Shown here in pieces: positions 20,247 to 30,646 of a stretch of DNA of 64,000 bases. The notes under the pieces were generated by a model, which was not told the origin of the DNA, did no database searches, and saw only the letters and a program-made list of their open reading frames with translations. The stretch covers positions 10,539-74,538 of the forward strand of contig JAJRTE010000022.1 in NCBI GenBank assembly GCA_024278455.1. The letters run 5' to 3'. Source of the stretch: Myxococcota bacterium. GTDB lineage: Bacteria; Myxococcota_A; UBA796; JAJRTE01. Both the position numbers and the translations under genes were made by a program. Position 1 is the first letter of the stretch. Each line of letters opens with the position of its first letter.

Positions 20247-21554
20247 ATGGGAAAGAGTGACCTGATTGACAAGATCAACGCCAGGGTCAGGAGCCAGATG
20301 AGTTCCCTGACCGCCCGCACGTCGCCTCGAGCCGCTACCGGCGAGCGGGAAGCCCGGGGTGCCGGGCGGGCTGAGAAGCGTATCACCAACGCGCGCACGG
20401 GCAAGGTCGTCGTCCGCCGCCGGGCTCAGCGCCCCCCGCCTACGGAGACCGAGCCAGGCGCGACGGATGCTCCCGCGACGGCGGCCGGCCACGAAGAGAC
20501 CGTCCCGGGCACGGTCGGGACGGCCCCCGTGGTTCGGCGGCAGCCCCAGGGTGCCATCGTGGAGGAGGTCCAGCCTGGCGCCCCGGAGGCCGTTGCCGAC
20601 TCCACCGCCGGCGAAGCACTGCCGGGCCATGAGCAAGAGGCGCAGCCATCGGCCACGGCCGGCCCTGCCGATGAAGCAGCCAGCCAGGTCGTCGCCCCGG
20701 AAAGCCTCGAGGAAGCCCCTCGAGACGCCGGTGCACAGGTGCCGGACGACGCGGAGACATCTGCCGGGGAGCAGCCGGCAGCCGAAGGCACGGCGGAGCC
20801 TTCCAGCAGTCCTGCCCCTGTCGAGACTGCCGCCGAGGCCCCGGAGCCAAGCAGCGACGACGCCACGCCCCAGCAGGAAGCCGATTCTGGCGCCGCCGAA
20901 GCCGGAGAGATGGCTTCGAGCGCACCAGCCGGCACTACCACCGAGTCAGCCGGCCAGCAATCCGGCGCACGGGGAGCCGCCCGGACACCAGCAAGCATCG
21001 AGGACGTGCTTGAGCGCGAACTGGGGCCCCTGGTGCAGCAGCGCAAGGCCGTGATCATCGGCGACGCACCGGTGCAGCAGCCCAGTGCCGGCAGGACCGT
21101 GGGCTCCCGATCGGTTTCCAGGCGCCCAAAGACCGCCACGGTCATCAAGCGCGCCACTCCTCAGACACCGGAAGAGATCAAGCGGGTCGCGAACGAAGAT
21201 CGCAAGAGAGAAAAGGGAGTGGTGAAACTCGTTTCGCGGGGCCGGGTCGGCAAGCCGGAGGATCGGACCATCGGCAGGGCCGCTCGCCCGCGCAAGGGTT
21301 CCCGGCGCAAGGAGGTCATACAGAGGCGGGATATTGGCGCCAACGGCGAGCATACCTATCGCAGGCAACGCAGGGTCGTCGCCAGGCGCGAGAGGGCCTC
21401 GACCCAACTGACCACGCCCAAGGCCATCAAGAGAATCATCAAGATCGAAGAGGCGATCTCCGTCGGAGAACTCGCCCACCGAATGGGCGTGAAGGCAGCA
21501 GCCGTCATCAAGAAGCTCATGGGCCTGGGCATGATGGCCAACATCTCCCAGTAG
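20247..21554 (+). CDS. infB: translation initiation factor IF-2, N-terminal region, terminated by in-frame TAG
   Basis: Ala/Pro/Glu-rich IF2 N-domain ending ...[32 protein letters not shown]; same frame as downstream G-domain ORF. Confidence 0.8.
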   Translation: MGKSDLIDKINARVRSQMSSLTARTSPRAATGEREARGAGRAEKRITNARTGKVVVRRRAQRPPPTETEPGATDAPATAAGHEETVPGTVGTAPVVRRQPQGAIVEEVQPGAPEAVADSTAGEALPGHEQEAQPSATAGPADEAASQVVAPESLEEAPRDAGAQVPDDAETSAGEQPAAEGTAEPSSSPAPVETAAEAPEPSSDDATPQQEADSGAAEAGEMASSAPAGTTTESAGQQSGARGAARTPASIEDVLERELGPLVQQRKAVIIGDAPVQQPSAGRTVGSRSVSRRPKTATVIKRATPQTPEEIKRVANEDRKREKGVVKLVSRGRVGKPEDRTIGRAARPRKGSRRKEVIQRRDIGANGEHTYRRQRRVVARRERASTQLTTPKAIKRIIKIEEAISVGELAHRMGVKAAAVIKKLMGLGMMANISQ

Positions 21555-21611
21555 CTCGACTTCGACACCGCCTCGCTGGTCGCTGGCGAATTCGGCTACG
21601 AAGTCGAGAAC

Positions 21612-23177
21612 GTGGCTTTCGACGAATCGGCCTTGTTGGATATCGCCCCCGTGGACCCGGCCAAGTGTCTGCCTCGTCCCCCGGTGGTGACCGTCATGGG
21701 TCACGTCGATCATGGCAAGACCACCTTGTTGGACGCGATCCGCAACACCGACGTCGCCAGCCGGGAAGCCGGGGGAATCACCCAGCACATCGGCGCGCAC
21801 ACGGTCAACATCGACGCTGGCCGCATCGTCTTCCTGGACACCCCTGGTCATGAAGCTTTCACCGCCATGCGCGCGCGGGGTGCCCAGGCGACCGACATCG
21901 TCGTCCTCGTGGTGGCCGCGGACGACGGGGTCATGCCGCAAACCGTCGAAGCCATCAACCATGCCAAAGCGGCAGGGGTTCCGATCATTGTGGCCATCAA
22001 CAAGATCGACAAGGCCGGAGCATCTCCGGATCGCGTCAAACAGAAGTTGGCCGACTACGACTTGGTCCCTGAGGAGTGGGGCGGAGACACCATTTTCATC
22101 GAAGTATCGGCCAAGGAGGGGACCGGGATCAACGAGTTGCTCGATGTCATCCTGCTGCAAGCCGATATGTTGGAGCTGTCTGCCGATCCAGACCGCAGGG
22201 CCCAGGGCATTGTCATCGAGTCCCAGTTGGACAAGGGGCGTGGTCCCGTATGCACGGTCATCGTACAGCAGGGCACCTTGAAGCGAGGTGATGTCGTCGT
22301 GGTGGGCTCTGAGTTCGGCCGGATAAGAGCCATGACGAACGACAAGGGAACGTGGATCAAGGAGGCACTCCCATCCACGCCGGTGGAGGTCCAGGGACTG
22401 TCCGGCGTACCGAATGCAGGCGATCCCCTGGCCGTGCTGCCGGACCTGGAAACAGCCAAGAGAATCGCCCAATTCCGCGCTGAGCGGGCACGTCAAGAGC
22501 ACCTCGCCCGGAGTTCCAAGGTCACTCTCGAGGACCTCTATTCCCAGTTGCAGCAGCAGGAAGTCATGGAGCTGAAGATCGTTCTCAAGGCCGATGTGCA
22601 AGGCTCCATCGAGGCCATCAGGAAGGCCATCGGTGATCTGACTACCGAGAAGGTGAAGACGGTCATCCTTCACGCAGCAGTGGGAACCGTCAGCGAGGGC
22701 GACGTCACGCTGGCAAGTGCGTCCAATGCCATCGTCCTGGGATTTAATGTCGGCGTGGATACCAAGGCAGCGATCGTCGCGGAGCAGGAAGGTGTGCAGA
22801 TCAACACCTACAACGTGATCTACGAAGCGATCGACGAAATCAGAAAGGCCATGCACGGCCTCCTGAAACCGGTGTTCAAGGAGCATGTCACCGGACACGC
22901 GGAGGTGCGCGAGACGTTCCGCATCCCCAAGATTGGACTCATCGCCGGTTCGTCCGTCGTCGACGGAAAGATCAGCCGCGGCTCCATGGTCAGGGTGCTT
23001 CGCGACGGCGAGGTCATGTGGGAAGGCCGCCTCGTTTCCCTCCGCCGCTTCAAGGAGGACGTGCGCGAAGTGGAAAAGGGCTACGAGTGCGGTATCTGTC
23101 TGGACAGTTTCAATGACGTACGCCTCGGCGACGTGATCGAAGCGTTCATGCTCGAGGAGACGCAACCATCGATGTGA
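21612..23177 (+). CDS. infB: translation initiation factor IF-2, G-domain to C-terminus (downstream of in-frame TAG; GTG at 21612 is first possible restart)
   Basis: [17 protein letters not shown]1 motif, DTPGH, NKID, domains II-IV through C-terminal ...[12 protein letters not shown]; frame identical to 20247..21554. Confidence 0.85.
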   Translation: MAFDESALLDIAPVDPAKCLPRPPVVTVMGHVDHGKTTLLDAIRNTDVASREAGGITQHIGAHTVNIDAGRIVFLDTPGHEAFTAMRARGAQATDIVVLVVAADDGVMPQTVEAINHAKAAGVPIIVAINKIDKAGASPDRVKQKLADYDLVPEEWGGDTIFIEVSAKEGTGINELLDVILLQADMLELSADPDRRAQGIVIESQLDKGRGPVCTVIVQQGTLKRGDVVVVGSEFGRIRAMTNDKGTWIKEALPSTPVEVQGLSGVPNAGDPLAVLPDLETAKRIAQFRAERARQEHLARSSKVTLEDLYSQLQQQEVMELKIVLKADVQGSIEAIRKAIGDLTTEKVKTVILHAAVGTVSEGDVTLASASNAIVLGFNVGVDTKAAIVAEQEGVQINTYNVIYEAIDEIRKAMHGLLKPVFKEHVTGHAEVRETFRIPKIGLIAGSSVVDGKISRGSMVRVLRDGEVMWEGRLVSLRRFKEDVREVEKGYECGICLDSFNDVRLGDVIEAFMLEETQPSM

Positions 23178-23314
23178 AGGCGGCCGCTCTCCCGTGTCCT
23201 CGATGGACCCCCTGAATCTTCGCGCCATCGAGCCGTGCAGCACGCGAGGTTCCTGCGCGGCGGGACCACTACACGACGTCGCCCGCTTCCTTTCGCCTTT
23301 CCGGTGAGAAAACC

Positions 23315-23602
23315 ATGGTCGTAGGCGTCACCAGGCTCACTTTGCTCATTCACACGAGCTTCTCCCTCAAGGACAAGCGTGCCGTGCTCAGGCAGCTCAA
23401 AGACAGGACGCGCCGGCGCTTCAACGTGTCCATCGCCGAGGTGGGAGACAACGACATCATCAACCGTGCGGAAATCGGTATTGTCGTGGTGGGCAATGAG
23501 CGACGGCATGTCAATTCCATGTTGGACACCGTGTCGCATTTCATCGAGGAGCTGTATCTTGCCGAAGTCATCAACAGCGAACTCGAGTTGTTGAACTACT
23601 AG
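23315..23602 (+). CDS. DUF503 (YlxP-like) protein
   Basis: 95 aa, conserved DUF503 core (GVTRLTLLIHTSFSLKDKR...), typical nusA-infB operon member. Confidence 0.8.
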   Translation: MVVGVTRLTLLIHTSFSLKDKRAVLRQLKDRTRRRFNVSIAEVGDNDIINRAEIGIVVVGNERRHVNSMLDTVSHFIEELYLAEVINSELELLNY

Positions 23603-23605
23603 TCT

Positions 23606-24628
23606 ATGTCGCCACGAGACCCACCGTGGCCTGGCCACAGGGGAGTTGCAGTGAGGGACCTTCACAGGGTGCGCGAACGGGAAGGAATCGTGCTGTCCAC
23701 GTCACAGGTGTACCTGTTGCTCGGTCTTCTCTCCATCGTTGCCTGCCTGGTCTTCATCTTCGGGTACTATGTCGGGCGCCATGCCCCGGTGTCCGTGGCG
23801 ATGGAGAGCCCGGCCCCCCTGATCCCGGAGGACGTCGAACGCCAGACGGTCGCCTTGCTGCTCGCACGTGCCGCCGACGAAGGCGCCGAACGTATCGATG
23901 AGGACAGTCTGGACCTCGAGTTCCACGATGTGCTTCGCAGGCATGATGACACCCCGGTCGAATCGGCCGGCAAGGTTACGAGCACGCCTTCCGCGGTCAT
24001 GTCGAGCGAGGAGGAGGCGGGGAAGACCCTTGTTCCGGAAGCCCGGCCCACTGCCGAGCCCCCGGTATTCGAGGCCAGCCGGACTCCCGCGGAGGAGAGT
24101 GCACCGATGGCTGGCCCAACCGAGGTGTCGGGCGGCGATCGTGACCGCCCCGGCACAGGTGATGACGCACCGGAAGCGGGGACACCGGGGCGAAATGGTG
24201 CCATCGAGGACGGCGGATGGCCGTCGCGGGTCCAGCCGACCCCGAGCCGGGCGGTCCACGACGGATCCCAGTCCGCTGCTGTCTCGGATGAGCCGGGGCA
24301 GGGCCGGCGTGCCCTGAGCGCGCCGGAGGCCGTTCCCCCGGAGCCATCCCCCAGGACGACTGAGCACGCTCGAGCGGGGAGCCATCGCTGGGCGGCGCGC
24401 TACACGGTGCAGGTCTCATCTTTCAAGGACTCGGCTGTCGCGGACAGGCTGGTCAAGCAGTTGGAGTTGAAGGGGTTTGCCGCCTACCGTGTCTCCGCGG
24501 ATGTGAACGGCATGACCTGGTATCGCGTGCGCGTCGGTCTATTCGAGTCGAAGCCTGTGGCGGAAGCCGAGAGCGCGCGGCTGAGGGAGGCGAGGCCCGA
24601 CCTCAAGCCGATGATCACGCGCGAGTAG
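23606..24628 (+). CDS. SPOR-domain protein (single TM, long acidic/Pro-rich linker, C-terminal SPOR peptidoglycan-binding domain)
   Basis: TM LLLGLLSIVACLVFIFGYYVG; C-terminal YTVQVSSFKDSAVADRLVKQLELKGFAAYRV...WYRVRVGLFESKPVAEAE SPOR fold pattern. Confidence 0.7.
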   Translation: MSPRDPPWPGHRGVAVRDLHRVREREGIVLSTSQVYLLLGLLSIVACLVFIFGYYVGRHAPVSVAMESPAPLIPEDVERQTVALLLARAADEGAERIDEDSLDLEFHDVLRRHDDTPVESAGKVTSTPSAVMSSEEEAGKTLVPEARPTAEPPVFEASRTPAEESAPMAGPTEVSGGDRDRPGTGDDAPEAGTPGRNGAIEDGGWPSRVQPTPSRAVHDGSQSAAVSDEPGQGRRALSAPEAVPPEPSPRTTEHARAGSHRWAARYTVQVSSFKDSAVADRLVKQLELKGFAAYRVSADVNGMTWYRVRVGLFESKPVAEAESARLREARPDLKPMITRE

Positions 24629-24766
24629 GATGATTCGCGATTTACAGTTCTCTCGGGATGTGGTATTTGTCAAGGGAGATGGCAAACGTGCCGGTTCGGC
24701 CGAACCAGGCGTCCATCGCCGGTCATGGCCGGCAAAGACAATCCGCTGGCGGTTGGGAGACGAGAA

Positions 24767-26059
24767 ATGGGGACACGTGGGTGTCTTGTTTCGGGGTTCA
24801 TTGTCGTTCTTGGCGTCGCGCTGGCAACGCCTGGCTCCGCGCAATCGGGGGGGGATGGCGGCCGTTTCGAACGTCTCGCTCCGGGGTCGGTTCTTGTCGC
24901 CCGGGCGCAGAGCGAACCGGCAGGAGGTGTCACCGGACCCCAGGGCGTCGGGGACGCTTCGGTCTTGGGGCCCCAGGACGGCATGGGAGGCGCGGGATTG
25001 GCATCGCCAGCGCTCGAGACGCGTCCTGACCGGTACGCCATCCAGCATGGGGACACCCTCTGGGACATTGCCAGGCGTTTCTGGGGGGATCCCTTCTTAT
25101 GGCCGAAGCTCTGGTCCTTTAACCCATACATCGGCAACGCGCATCTCATCTACCCCGGCAACGTGCTCCGGCTGGACCAGGGGAGTTACGTGAGGCCGCC
25201 TTCGATTTCTCTCGAGCCTTTTACCGAAGAAGTCGAAGCCGCGAGGACGGAAGCGATCGCAACGACCTCGCACCAGGAGCAGGTACAGGAGTCCGTGGAG
25301 CCGGCGACGAGTTCCGTGACCACCGGTGCGGCGGCTTGCTCCCCGCACGTGCCATTCCTCGAGAGTACTGGCAAAGTGCAGGTACGCTCGGACGGGTTCC
25401 TGAGGGAGCAGGGGTTTGGGCCGCTGGGCAAAATTGCGAAGGCGCCCCAGCGCAAGCTGCTCTTCGCCGAGCGGGACGTGGTATACCTTCAGTTCAATCG
25501 TATCGCCGATGTGTCATGCGGCGATGTCTACACCATCTACATGTCCACACGCAAGAAGGTCTCCCACCCCATCTATCGGCGTCGCGTCATCGGAAGTCTC
25601 TACCGCGTCTTGGGAGAGGTCGAAGTAGTAGACATCAACGACTTCATGGCGACGGGGATCATCACCGCGTCCTACGGCGAAATCAGCCGGGGTGCGCTTT
25701 TGACCGAGCGTGTTCCTATCTGGCGGGAGGTCGAGATCCGTGACAACCCCAAGGAGGTCGACGGCTACATCGTGGAGACCCTGAACCAGGAGACCACGAC
25801 GTTGAGCAAGCACAATATCGTGTACATCGACCGTGGGGAGCAGGACGGCGTGAACGTCGGAGACGCCTTTTACATCGTCCGGCAGGGGGACGGTCTCGAG
25901 GGACTTCTCGCCAAGGGTAGCAGGGACATCACCCTCCCCTTCCAGATCGTGGGCAAGCTCGTGGTCAGCGTGCCCGGCGAGTATGTTTCGGAGGCCATCA
26001 TCACCGAAGCGGCCGAAGTCATCGAACTCGGTGATCACGTCACGACGCAGGTAAACTGA
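24767..26059 (+). CDS. secreted LysM-domain protein
   Basis: Signal peptide MGTRGCLVSGFIVVLGVALATPGSAQS; LysM YAIQHGDTLWDIARRFWGDPFLWPKLWSFNPYIGNAHLIYPGNVLRL; GGAGACGAG SD. Confidence 0.75.
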   Translation: MGTRGCLVSGFIVVLGVALATPGSAQSGGDGGRFERLAPGSVLVARAQSEPAGGVTGPQGVGDASVLGPQDGMGGAGLASPALETRPDRYAIQHGDTLWDIARRFWGDPFLWPKLWSFNPYIGNAHLIYPGNVLRLDQGSYVRPPSISLEPFTEEVEAARTEAIATTSHQEQVQESVEPATSSVTTGAAACSPHVPFLESTGKVQVRSDGFLREQGFGPLGKIAKAPQRKLLFAERDVVYLQFNRIADVSCGDVYTIYMSTRKKVSHPIYRRRVIGSLYRVLGEVEVVDINDFMATGIITASYGEISRGALLTERVPIWREVEIRDNPKEVDGYIVETLNQETTTLSKHNIVYIDRGEQDGVNVGDAFYIVRQGDGLEGLLAKGSRDITLPFQIVGKLVVSVPGEYVSEAIITEAAEVIELGDHVTTQVN

Positions 26060-26064
26060 CCGGC

Positions 26065-27183
26065 ATGAGCAATCCCGAGCAACGACTTGACGAACTCAAG
26101 GCGTGGGCGGCTCTCGCGGCGCTGAGGCTCCCGGTCGACCCTGCCCAGGTCGTAGACGCATTCGGTGGCCCGGCCGCGATGTTTCAGGCATCCATCGAGG
26201 GACTTCGCGCCAGGCTCCCCTGGTCCGCCGCCCAGATCGACCGTGTGGCACGGGCGGCGCCGGCTACCCTCTCCCAGGACCTCGAGGCGTTCCTCTCCCA
26301 GGGTGGGCATCTCATCCCTTTCGACGACCCGCGTTATCCGCCCTTGCTCAAGGAGATATCGAAGCCACCCGCGGCATTGTGGTGTCGGGGGGACCCTGCG
26401 GCGTTGCGCGACCCCCTCATCGGAATCGTGGGATCCAGGCGGCCGACCCAATATGGGCGCCGCGTCGCCAGCACGCTTTCCGCCGATCTTGCCACCGCCG
26501 GTTTCGGTGTGGTCAGTGGAGGGGCCTACGGGATCGATGCCGCCGGCCATGCCGGAGCGCTCCAGGCAGGTGGACGGTCGGTCGCCGTGCTCGGCACGGG
26601 CATCGACCGGGACTACCCTGCGGCCCACGCCGACCTTTTTTCGCACTTGGCTCGAGATGGCGCGTGCGTGACCGAGTTTCCTCCGGGAGCGCCGCCGAGG
26701 CCTGCACACTTCCCGATCAGGAATCGTATCATCAGCGGCCTGGCAAGGGGGGTCGTCGTGGTGGAAGCCGGGGCGCGAAGCGGGGCACTCATCACCGCAA
26801 GGTTCGCCATGGAGCAGAATCGTGAGGTGTTTGCCGTTCCGGGTGAATTGTTCAACGAGTTGAGTGCCGGACCTCATGCGTTGATTCGCAGGGGGGCTGT
26901 GCTTGTGACCGGCGTCGAGGATATCTTGGAGGAGATCACCGCGCTGTTTCCGCCCCGGCACGGCGTGTCCGCGAAGCCGCGCAGGAAGGAAGCGCTCCCC
27001 CCGGTCGACTTGCCAGAGGAACTCGAGCGCATCCTGGCCTTGGTGGAGACGTCACCCAGGTCCGGCGACAGTATCATCCAGAGCAGCGGTTTATCCCCGG
27101 CGGTGACTCTCGAGGCCTTGACGCAGCTTGAACTATTGAACCTGGTCGAGCAACTGCCCGGGCAACGATTCGCGCGCAGATAG
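26065..27183 (+). CDS. dprA: DNA processing protein DprA (Smf)
   Basis: Rossmann-like DprA core IVGSRRPTQYG...VSGGAYGIDAAGH...VLGTGIDRDYP, C-terminal wHTH. Confidence 0.9.
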   Translation: MSNPEQRLDELKAWAALAALRLPVDPAQVVDAFGGPAAMFQASIEGLRARLPWSAAQIDRVARAAPATLSQDLEAFLSQGGHLIPFDDPRYPPLLKEISKPPAALWCRGDPAALRDPLIGIVGSRRPTQYGRRVASTLSADLATAGFGVVSGGAYGIDAAGHAGALQAGGRSVAVLGTGIDRDYPAAHADLFSHLARDGACVTEFPPGAPPRPAHFPIRNRIISGLARGVVVVEAGARSGALITARFAMEQNREVFAVPGELFNELSAGPHALIRRGAVLVTGVEDILEEITALFPPRHGVSAKPRRKEALPPVDLPEELERILALVETSPRSGDSIIQSSGLSPAVTLEALTQLELLNLVEQLPGQRFARR

Positions 27184-27210
27184 TCGTTGCCGGTCGCGCC
27201 ACCTCTCATC

Positions 27211-27702
27211 ATGGTACGCCACATGCTCATGGGACGACGACTGCTTGCGATTATCCGCGCCATCATGGCAGCCGGCCCGGATGTCCTGGAAACAGACGCT
27301 GCCCGCTCCCGTCTCGAGAAAAGCCTGACCGAGGACGGGTTTCTCAAGGAGGAAATCGAAACCGTGTTCGAGTGGTTCAGCGTGCCTGTGGTGAGACAAG
27401 AGATGTTATCGAGACTCGATCCCGCGTTCCTCGATGCGGGCCACGTGCCCGAACGGGATCCATCGGTGTCGGTCGTCGGCAAGGAAGCCATGGATTTCCT
27501 CTTCGGACTCAAGGACCTGGGTTTGGTGGATCCGTCGATCGAGGAGGACATCCTGAACCGGCTCCTGGTGTTGCACCGTGGGGAGGTGAGTCTCGACGAC
27601 ATGAGGAGGATGGCAGCGACCATCATGTTCGAGCGTCAGTTCAGTCCTGGCAACGAGGACTACAACGTTTTCGACGAGGAGTGGAGGCTGCTGTTCGACT
27701 AG
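27211..27702 (+). CDS. smg: Smg (DUF494) protein
   Basis: Conserved partner downstream of dprA; ...EEIETVFEWF... aligns with Smg; start uncertain (ORF track TTG 27187, ATGs at 27211/27223/27229, no SD). Confidence 0.65.
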   Translation: MVRHMLMGRRLLAIIRAIMAAGPDVLETDAARSRLEKSLTEDGFLKEEIETVFEWFSVPVVRQEMLSRLDPAFLDAGHVPERDPSVSVVGKEAMDFLFGLKDLGLVDPSIEEDILNRLLVLHRGEVSLDDMRRMAATIMFERQFSPGNEDYNVFDEEWRLLFD

Positions 27703-28024
27703 CAGGCGTCGTGTCGAGACCCTGCTCCCGGCCCGTCCAGACTCCGGGATGCGGCCTGGGTTTCGCACCGTACCGGCTGGCGTCTGTCCGGTCTCGTCAC
27801 CGGCCTTCCGGCACTCGCCCTTCCCGGCATGCCACCAGACCGGTGTCCGCGCCGGGCGGCCTGTACCGCTTTGCGAACAGCCTGCGCTCGAGCCCGTGGC
27901 GTCGGAACACAGGGCTTTCGAAAACTCGCCACCCGCAGCTTTTCGCGAGGCGGGAGAACGCCAGGGGGCGCAAGCGGAGCCGCCACGGTTCGGACGTGGC
28001 GGTCCGAGCACGAGGAGGCGACAC

Positions 28025-29353
28025 TTGGGTGACGCGGAGGTGACCATAGTCGGTGGAGGTCTTGCCGGTGCGGAAGCCGCGTGGCAGCTTGCTCAGCGTG
28101 GAGTTCGTGTCGCCCTGATCGAAATGAAGCCGGCGGCGTTCACTCCCGCCCACCAGGATCCCGGGCTAGCGGAGTTGGTATGTTCCAACTCGTTCGGTGC
28201 CAGGGGGATCGAGACCGCTGCCGGCCTGCTTCAGTGGGAAGCCAGCACGCTCGGGTCGCTCCTGGTCCACGAGGCCCGAAGGCAGGCGGTCCCAGCAGGT
28301 CGGGCCCTCGCGGTGGACAGAAAGAAGTTCTCGAGCGCGATCACGGCCCGCCTGTCGGCGCACCCGGCCATCCAGATACGCCGGGAGGTCGCGCGCGCCA
28401 TCCCGTCTTCCCGGCCAGCGCTGCTATGTACCGGGCCGCTGACAGCAGACGCACTCGCCAGGGACCTGCAGCACCGCATCGGTGAGGCCAGTCTCTACTT
28501 CCAAGACGCTATCTCACCTATCCTGCTCGGGGAGTCGATAGATCGATCCGTCGTGTTCCCGGCGTCGCGTCATGACAGGACCGGGGCCGACTATCTCAAC
28601 TGTCCGCTCGACCGGGCCACCTATGAAGCGTTCGTCGCCGCCCTGGTCGAAGCGGACCAGGTGCAACCCCGTCCTTTCGAGGACCAGAAGCTGTTTCACG
28701 GGTGTCAGCCCATAGAAGCGCTTGCGGCACGTGGCGTGGACACCTTGGCCTTCGGACCCATGCGACCGGTCGGGCTCGTCGATCCCAGAACGGGGAAGCG
28801 TCCTCACGCCGTCGTCCAGCTTCGTCGAGAGGACAAGGAAGGCCTCCTGTGGAACATGGTGGGGTGCCAGACCAGGCTGAAGCACGGCGCGCAGCGCAGG
28901 GTCTTCCGCATGATTCCAGGCATCGAGAAGGCTGTCTTCGTCCGGCTCGGCAGCGTCCATCGCAACACTTTTCTCAACGCGCCGCGGGTGCTCTCGGACA
29001 CGCTCGCGCTCCGCCAGGACCCGGGTGTCCACATCGGCGGGCAACTCGCTGGTGTCGAGGGGTACCTCGAATCGATCGTTTGTGGTTTGATGGCTGCGTT
29101 GTTCGTCCACGGAGCACTGGCGGGACGCCTGGTCCCGCCGCCTCCGCCAGAGACCATGACCGGCGGACTCATGCGCTACCTGCGCGAAGCCGATCCGGCC
29201 ACATTTCAACCTATGAACGCAAACTTCGGGCTGCTGCCCGCGCTGCCGCAACGCCTGCCGCGCCAGCAGCGGCGGTTAGCTAAAGTCGAGCGAGCGCGCG
29301 CCGCTTTTCTCGAGTGGGTGCGACGGATCGAAGTCGTGGGAGTTGAACGTTGA
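28025..29353 (+). CDS. trmFO: methylenetetrahydrofolate--tRNA-(uracil54-C5)-methyltransferase TrmFO (Gid)
   Basis: VTIVGGGLAGAEAAWQ FAD-binding GxGxxG and full TrmFO body; TTG 28025 with GGAGG SD 6 nt upstream (ORF track frame opens 27749). Confidence 0.85.
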   Translation: MGDAEVTIVGGGLAGAEAAWQLAQRGVRVALIEMKPAAFTPAHQDPGLAELVCSNSFGARGIETAAGLLQWEASTLGSLLVHEARRQAVPAGRALAVDRKKFSSAITARLSAHPAIQIRREVARAIPSSRPALLCTGPLTADALARDLQHRIGEASLYFQDAISPILLGESIDRSVVFPASRHDRTGADYLNCPLDRATYEAFVAALVEADQVQPRPFEDQKLFHGCQPIEALAARGVDTLAFGPMRPVGLVDPRTGKRPHAVVQLRREDKEGLLWNMVGCQTRLKHGAQRRVFRMIPGIEKAVFVRLGSVHRNTFLNAPRVLSDTLALRQDPGVHIGGQLAGVEGYLESIVCGLMAALFVHGALAGRLVPPPPPETMTGGLMRYLREADPATFQPMNANFGLLPALPQRLPRQQRRLAKVERARAAFLEWVRRIEVVGVER

Positions 29354-29370
29354 GCTGGAGAGTGCGCACA

Positions 29371-30402
29371 ATGAGCACCGGGGAACGGCCTAGAACGAAC
29401 TCGTCCTCGGCGCGAAAGAATAGAGCGGGGCCTCCCGGGGACGGCGAGCATCCGGGAGCGAGACGAACGGAACCGTCTGAAGCAATCGTCCCGGCGGTCC
29501 TCGAGGCCGATATTCGTCTCTTTGAGAAGCACCTGCGCTCGGAGCGCGACCTTTCGCCGCACACGCTGCGAAACTACGGCCTGGACGTGCGCCAGTTCGC
29601 CCGCTTCCTGGCCAACCAGCCCTTTGCAGGATGGGTCGAGACACCGGCGTGGCGGAACGTCGATCCGGTGGACGTGCGTGCCTTCCTCGCGTCCGGGTAT
29701 GGCCGGCTGAGCCCGGCCACGCTCAGCCGAAAGCTGTCAGCGCTGCGGACTTTCTTCAAGTTCCTGCTGCGCGAGGGGCGGGTGGATCGCAACCCCGCGA
29801 TCCACGTCGAGCGCATGAAGCAGGTACGGAAGCAGCCTGACTTCCTCTCCGTGGACGACATGTTCAGGCTGCTGGATATTCCATCGCCAGACTCGCCGCT
29901 GGCCGTGCGTGACAAGGCAATCCTGGAACTCATCTACGGTTCCGGCATCCGCGTGGGAGAACTGGAGAGTCTCGACCTCTCGCACGTCGACATGAAGAGC
30001 CAGTTAGTGCGCGTACTTGGAAAGGGCCGAAAGGAGCGGATCGTCCCCATCGGGAAGACGGCCGGGGAGGCGCTCGAGGCATACCTGGCGTTGCGGCATA
30101 CCCGTTTTGGCGAGTCGCCGGACCTCGAAGCGTTGTTTCTCAACTACAAGGGTGGACGGCTAACGAGTCGAAGCGTTGAGCGGATCACCAAGCGGTACTG
30201 CCTGTTGGCCGGACTGGTGCGCGATGTGGGTCCACACGCGCTCAGGCACTCGTTTGCAACCCATCTGCTCGCGGGCGGCGCCGACCTGCGCGCCATCCAG
30301 GAGTTGCTTGGGCACGCATCTTTATCGACGACACAGCGCTACACCCATGTCGCCGTTGAACAGTTGATGGATGTCTATGATCGGGCGCACCCACGCGCCT
30401 GA
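29371..30402 (+). CDS. xerC: tyrosine site-specific recombinase XerC/XerD family
   Basis: Phage-integrase N-terminal SAM-like domain plus catalytic R...K...HxxR...Y (ARHSFATHLL...TQRYTHV); trmFO-xerC synteny as in gid-codV. Confidence 0.85.
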   Translation: MSTGERPRTNSSSARKNRAGPPGDGEHPGARRTEPSEAIVPAVLEADIRLFEKHLRSERDLSPHTLRNYGLDVRQFARFLANQPFAGWVETPAWRNVDPVDVRAFLASGYGRLSPATLSRKLSALRTFFKFLLREGRVDRNPAIHVERMKQVRKQPDFLSVDDMFRLLDIPSPDSPLAVRDKAILELIYGSGIRVGELESLDLSHVDMKSQLVRVLGKGRKERIVPIGKTAGEALEAYLALRHTRFGESPDLEALFLNYKGGRLTSRSVERITKRYCLLAGLVRDVGPHALRHSFATHLLAGGADLRAIQELLGHASLSTTQRYTHVAVEQLMDVYDRAHPRA

Positions 30403-30646
30403 TCTGTCACCATCACCCTGCGTGGACCATGGCGCGTGCCGCGTCGATCGACGCCGCTGGCCCGGCGGTATGCTGCGATTGCTGCGGAAAGACCGCTTAG
30501 GTCTACACGAAGGCGCAGACATCTGCTATTCTGTGAGCATTCGCGGCCCGCAGCCGTATCCCGGCGATGGCCTGACACGTTCGACTCGGCATACAGCGCA
30601 CCGGCACCGACCAGACGACCGGACTCATGAGGAACAGGATCCTGGG

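Noticed and set aside
20247-23177. Hypothesis that TAG is recoded as a sense codon in this organism
   Set aside because: ribD, rimI, dprA, the DUF503 gene and the HEAT gene all terminate at TAG with the next gene starting 0-4 nt later. TAG is therefore a normal stop. The two in-frame TAGs are better explained as mutations or errors.
30403-30646. CIRCE element or sigma32 promoter upstream of the J-protein/Hsp70 operon
   Set aside because: No TTAGCACTC-N9-GAGTGCTAA-like inverted repeat and no convincing CTTGAAA/CCCCAT pair were found by eye.
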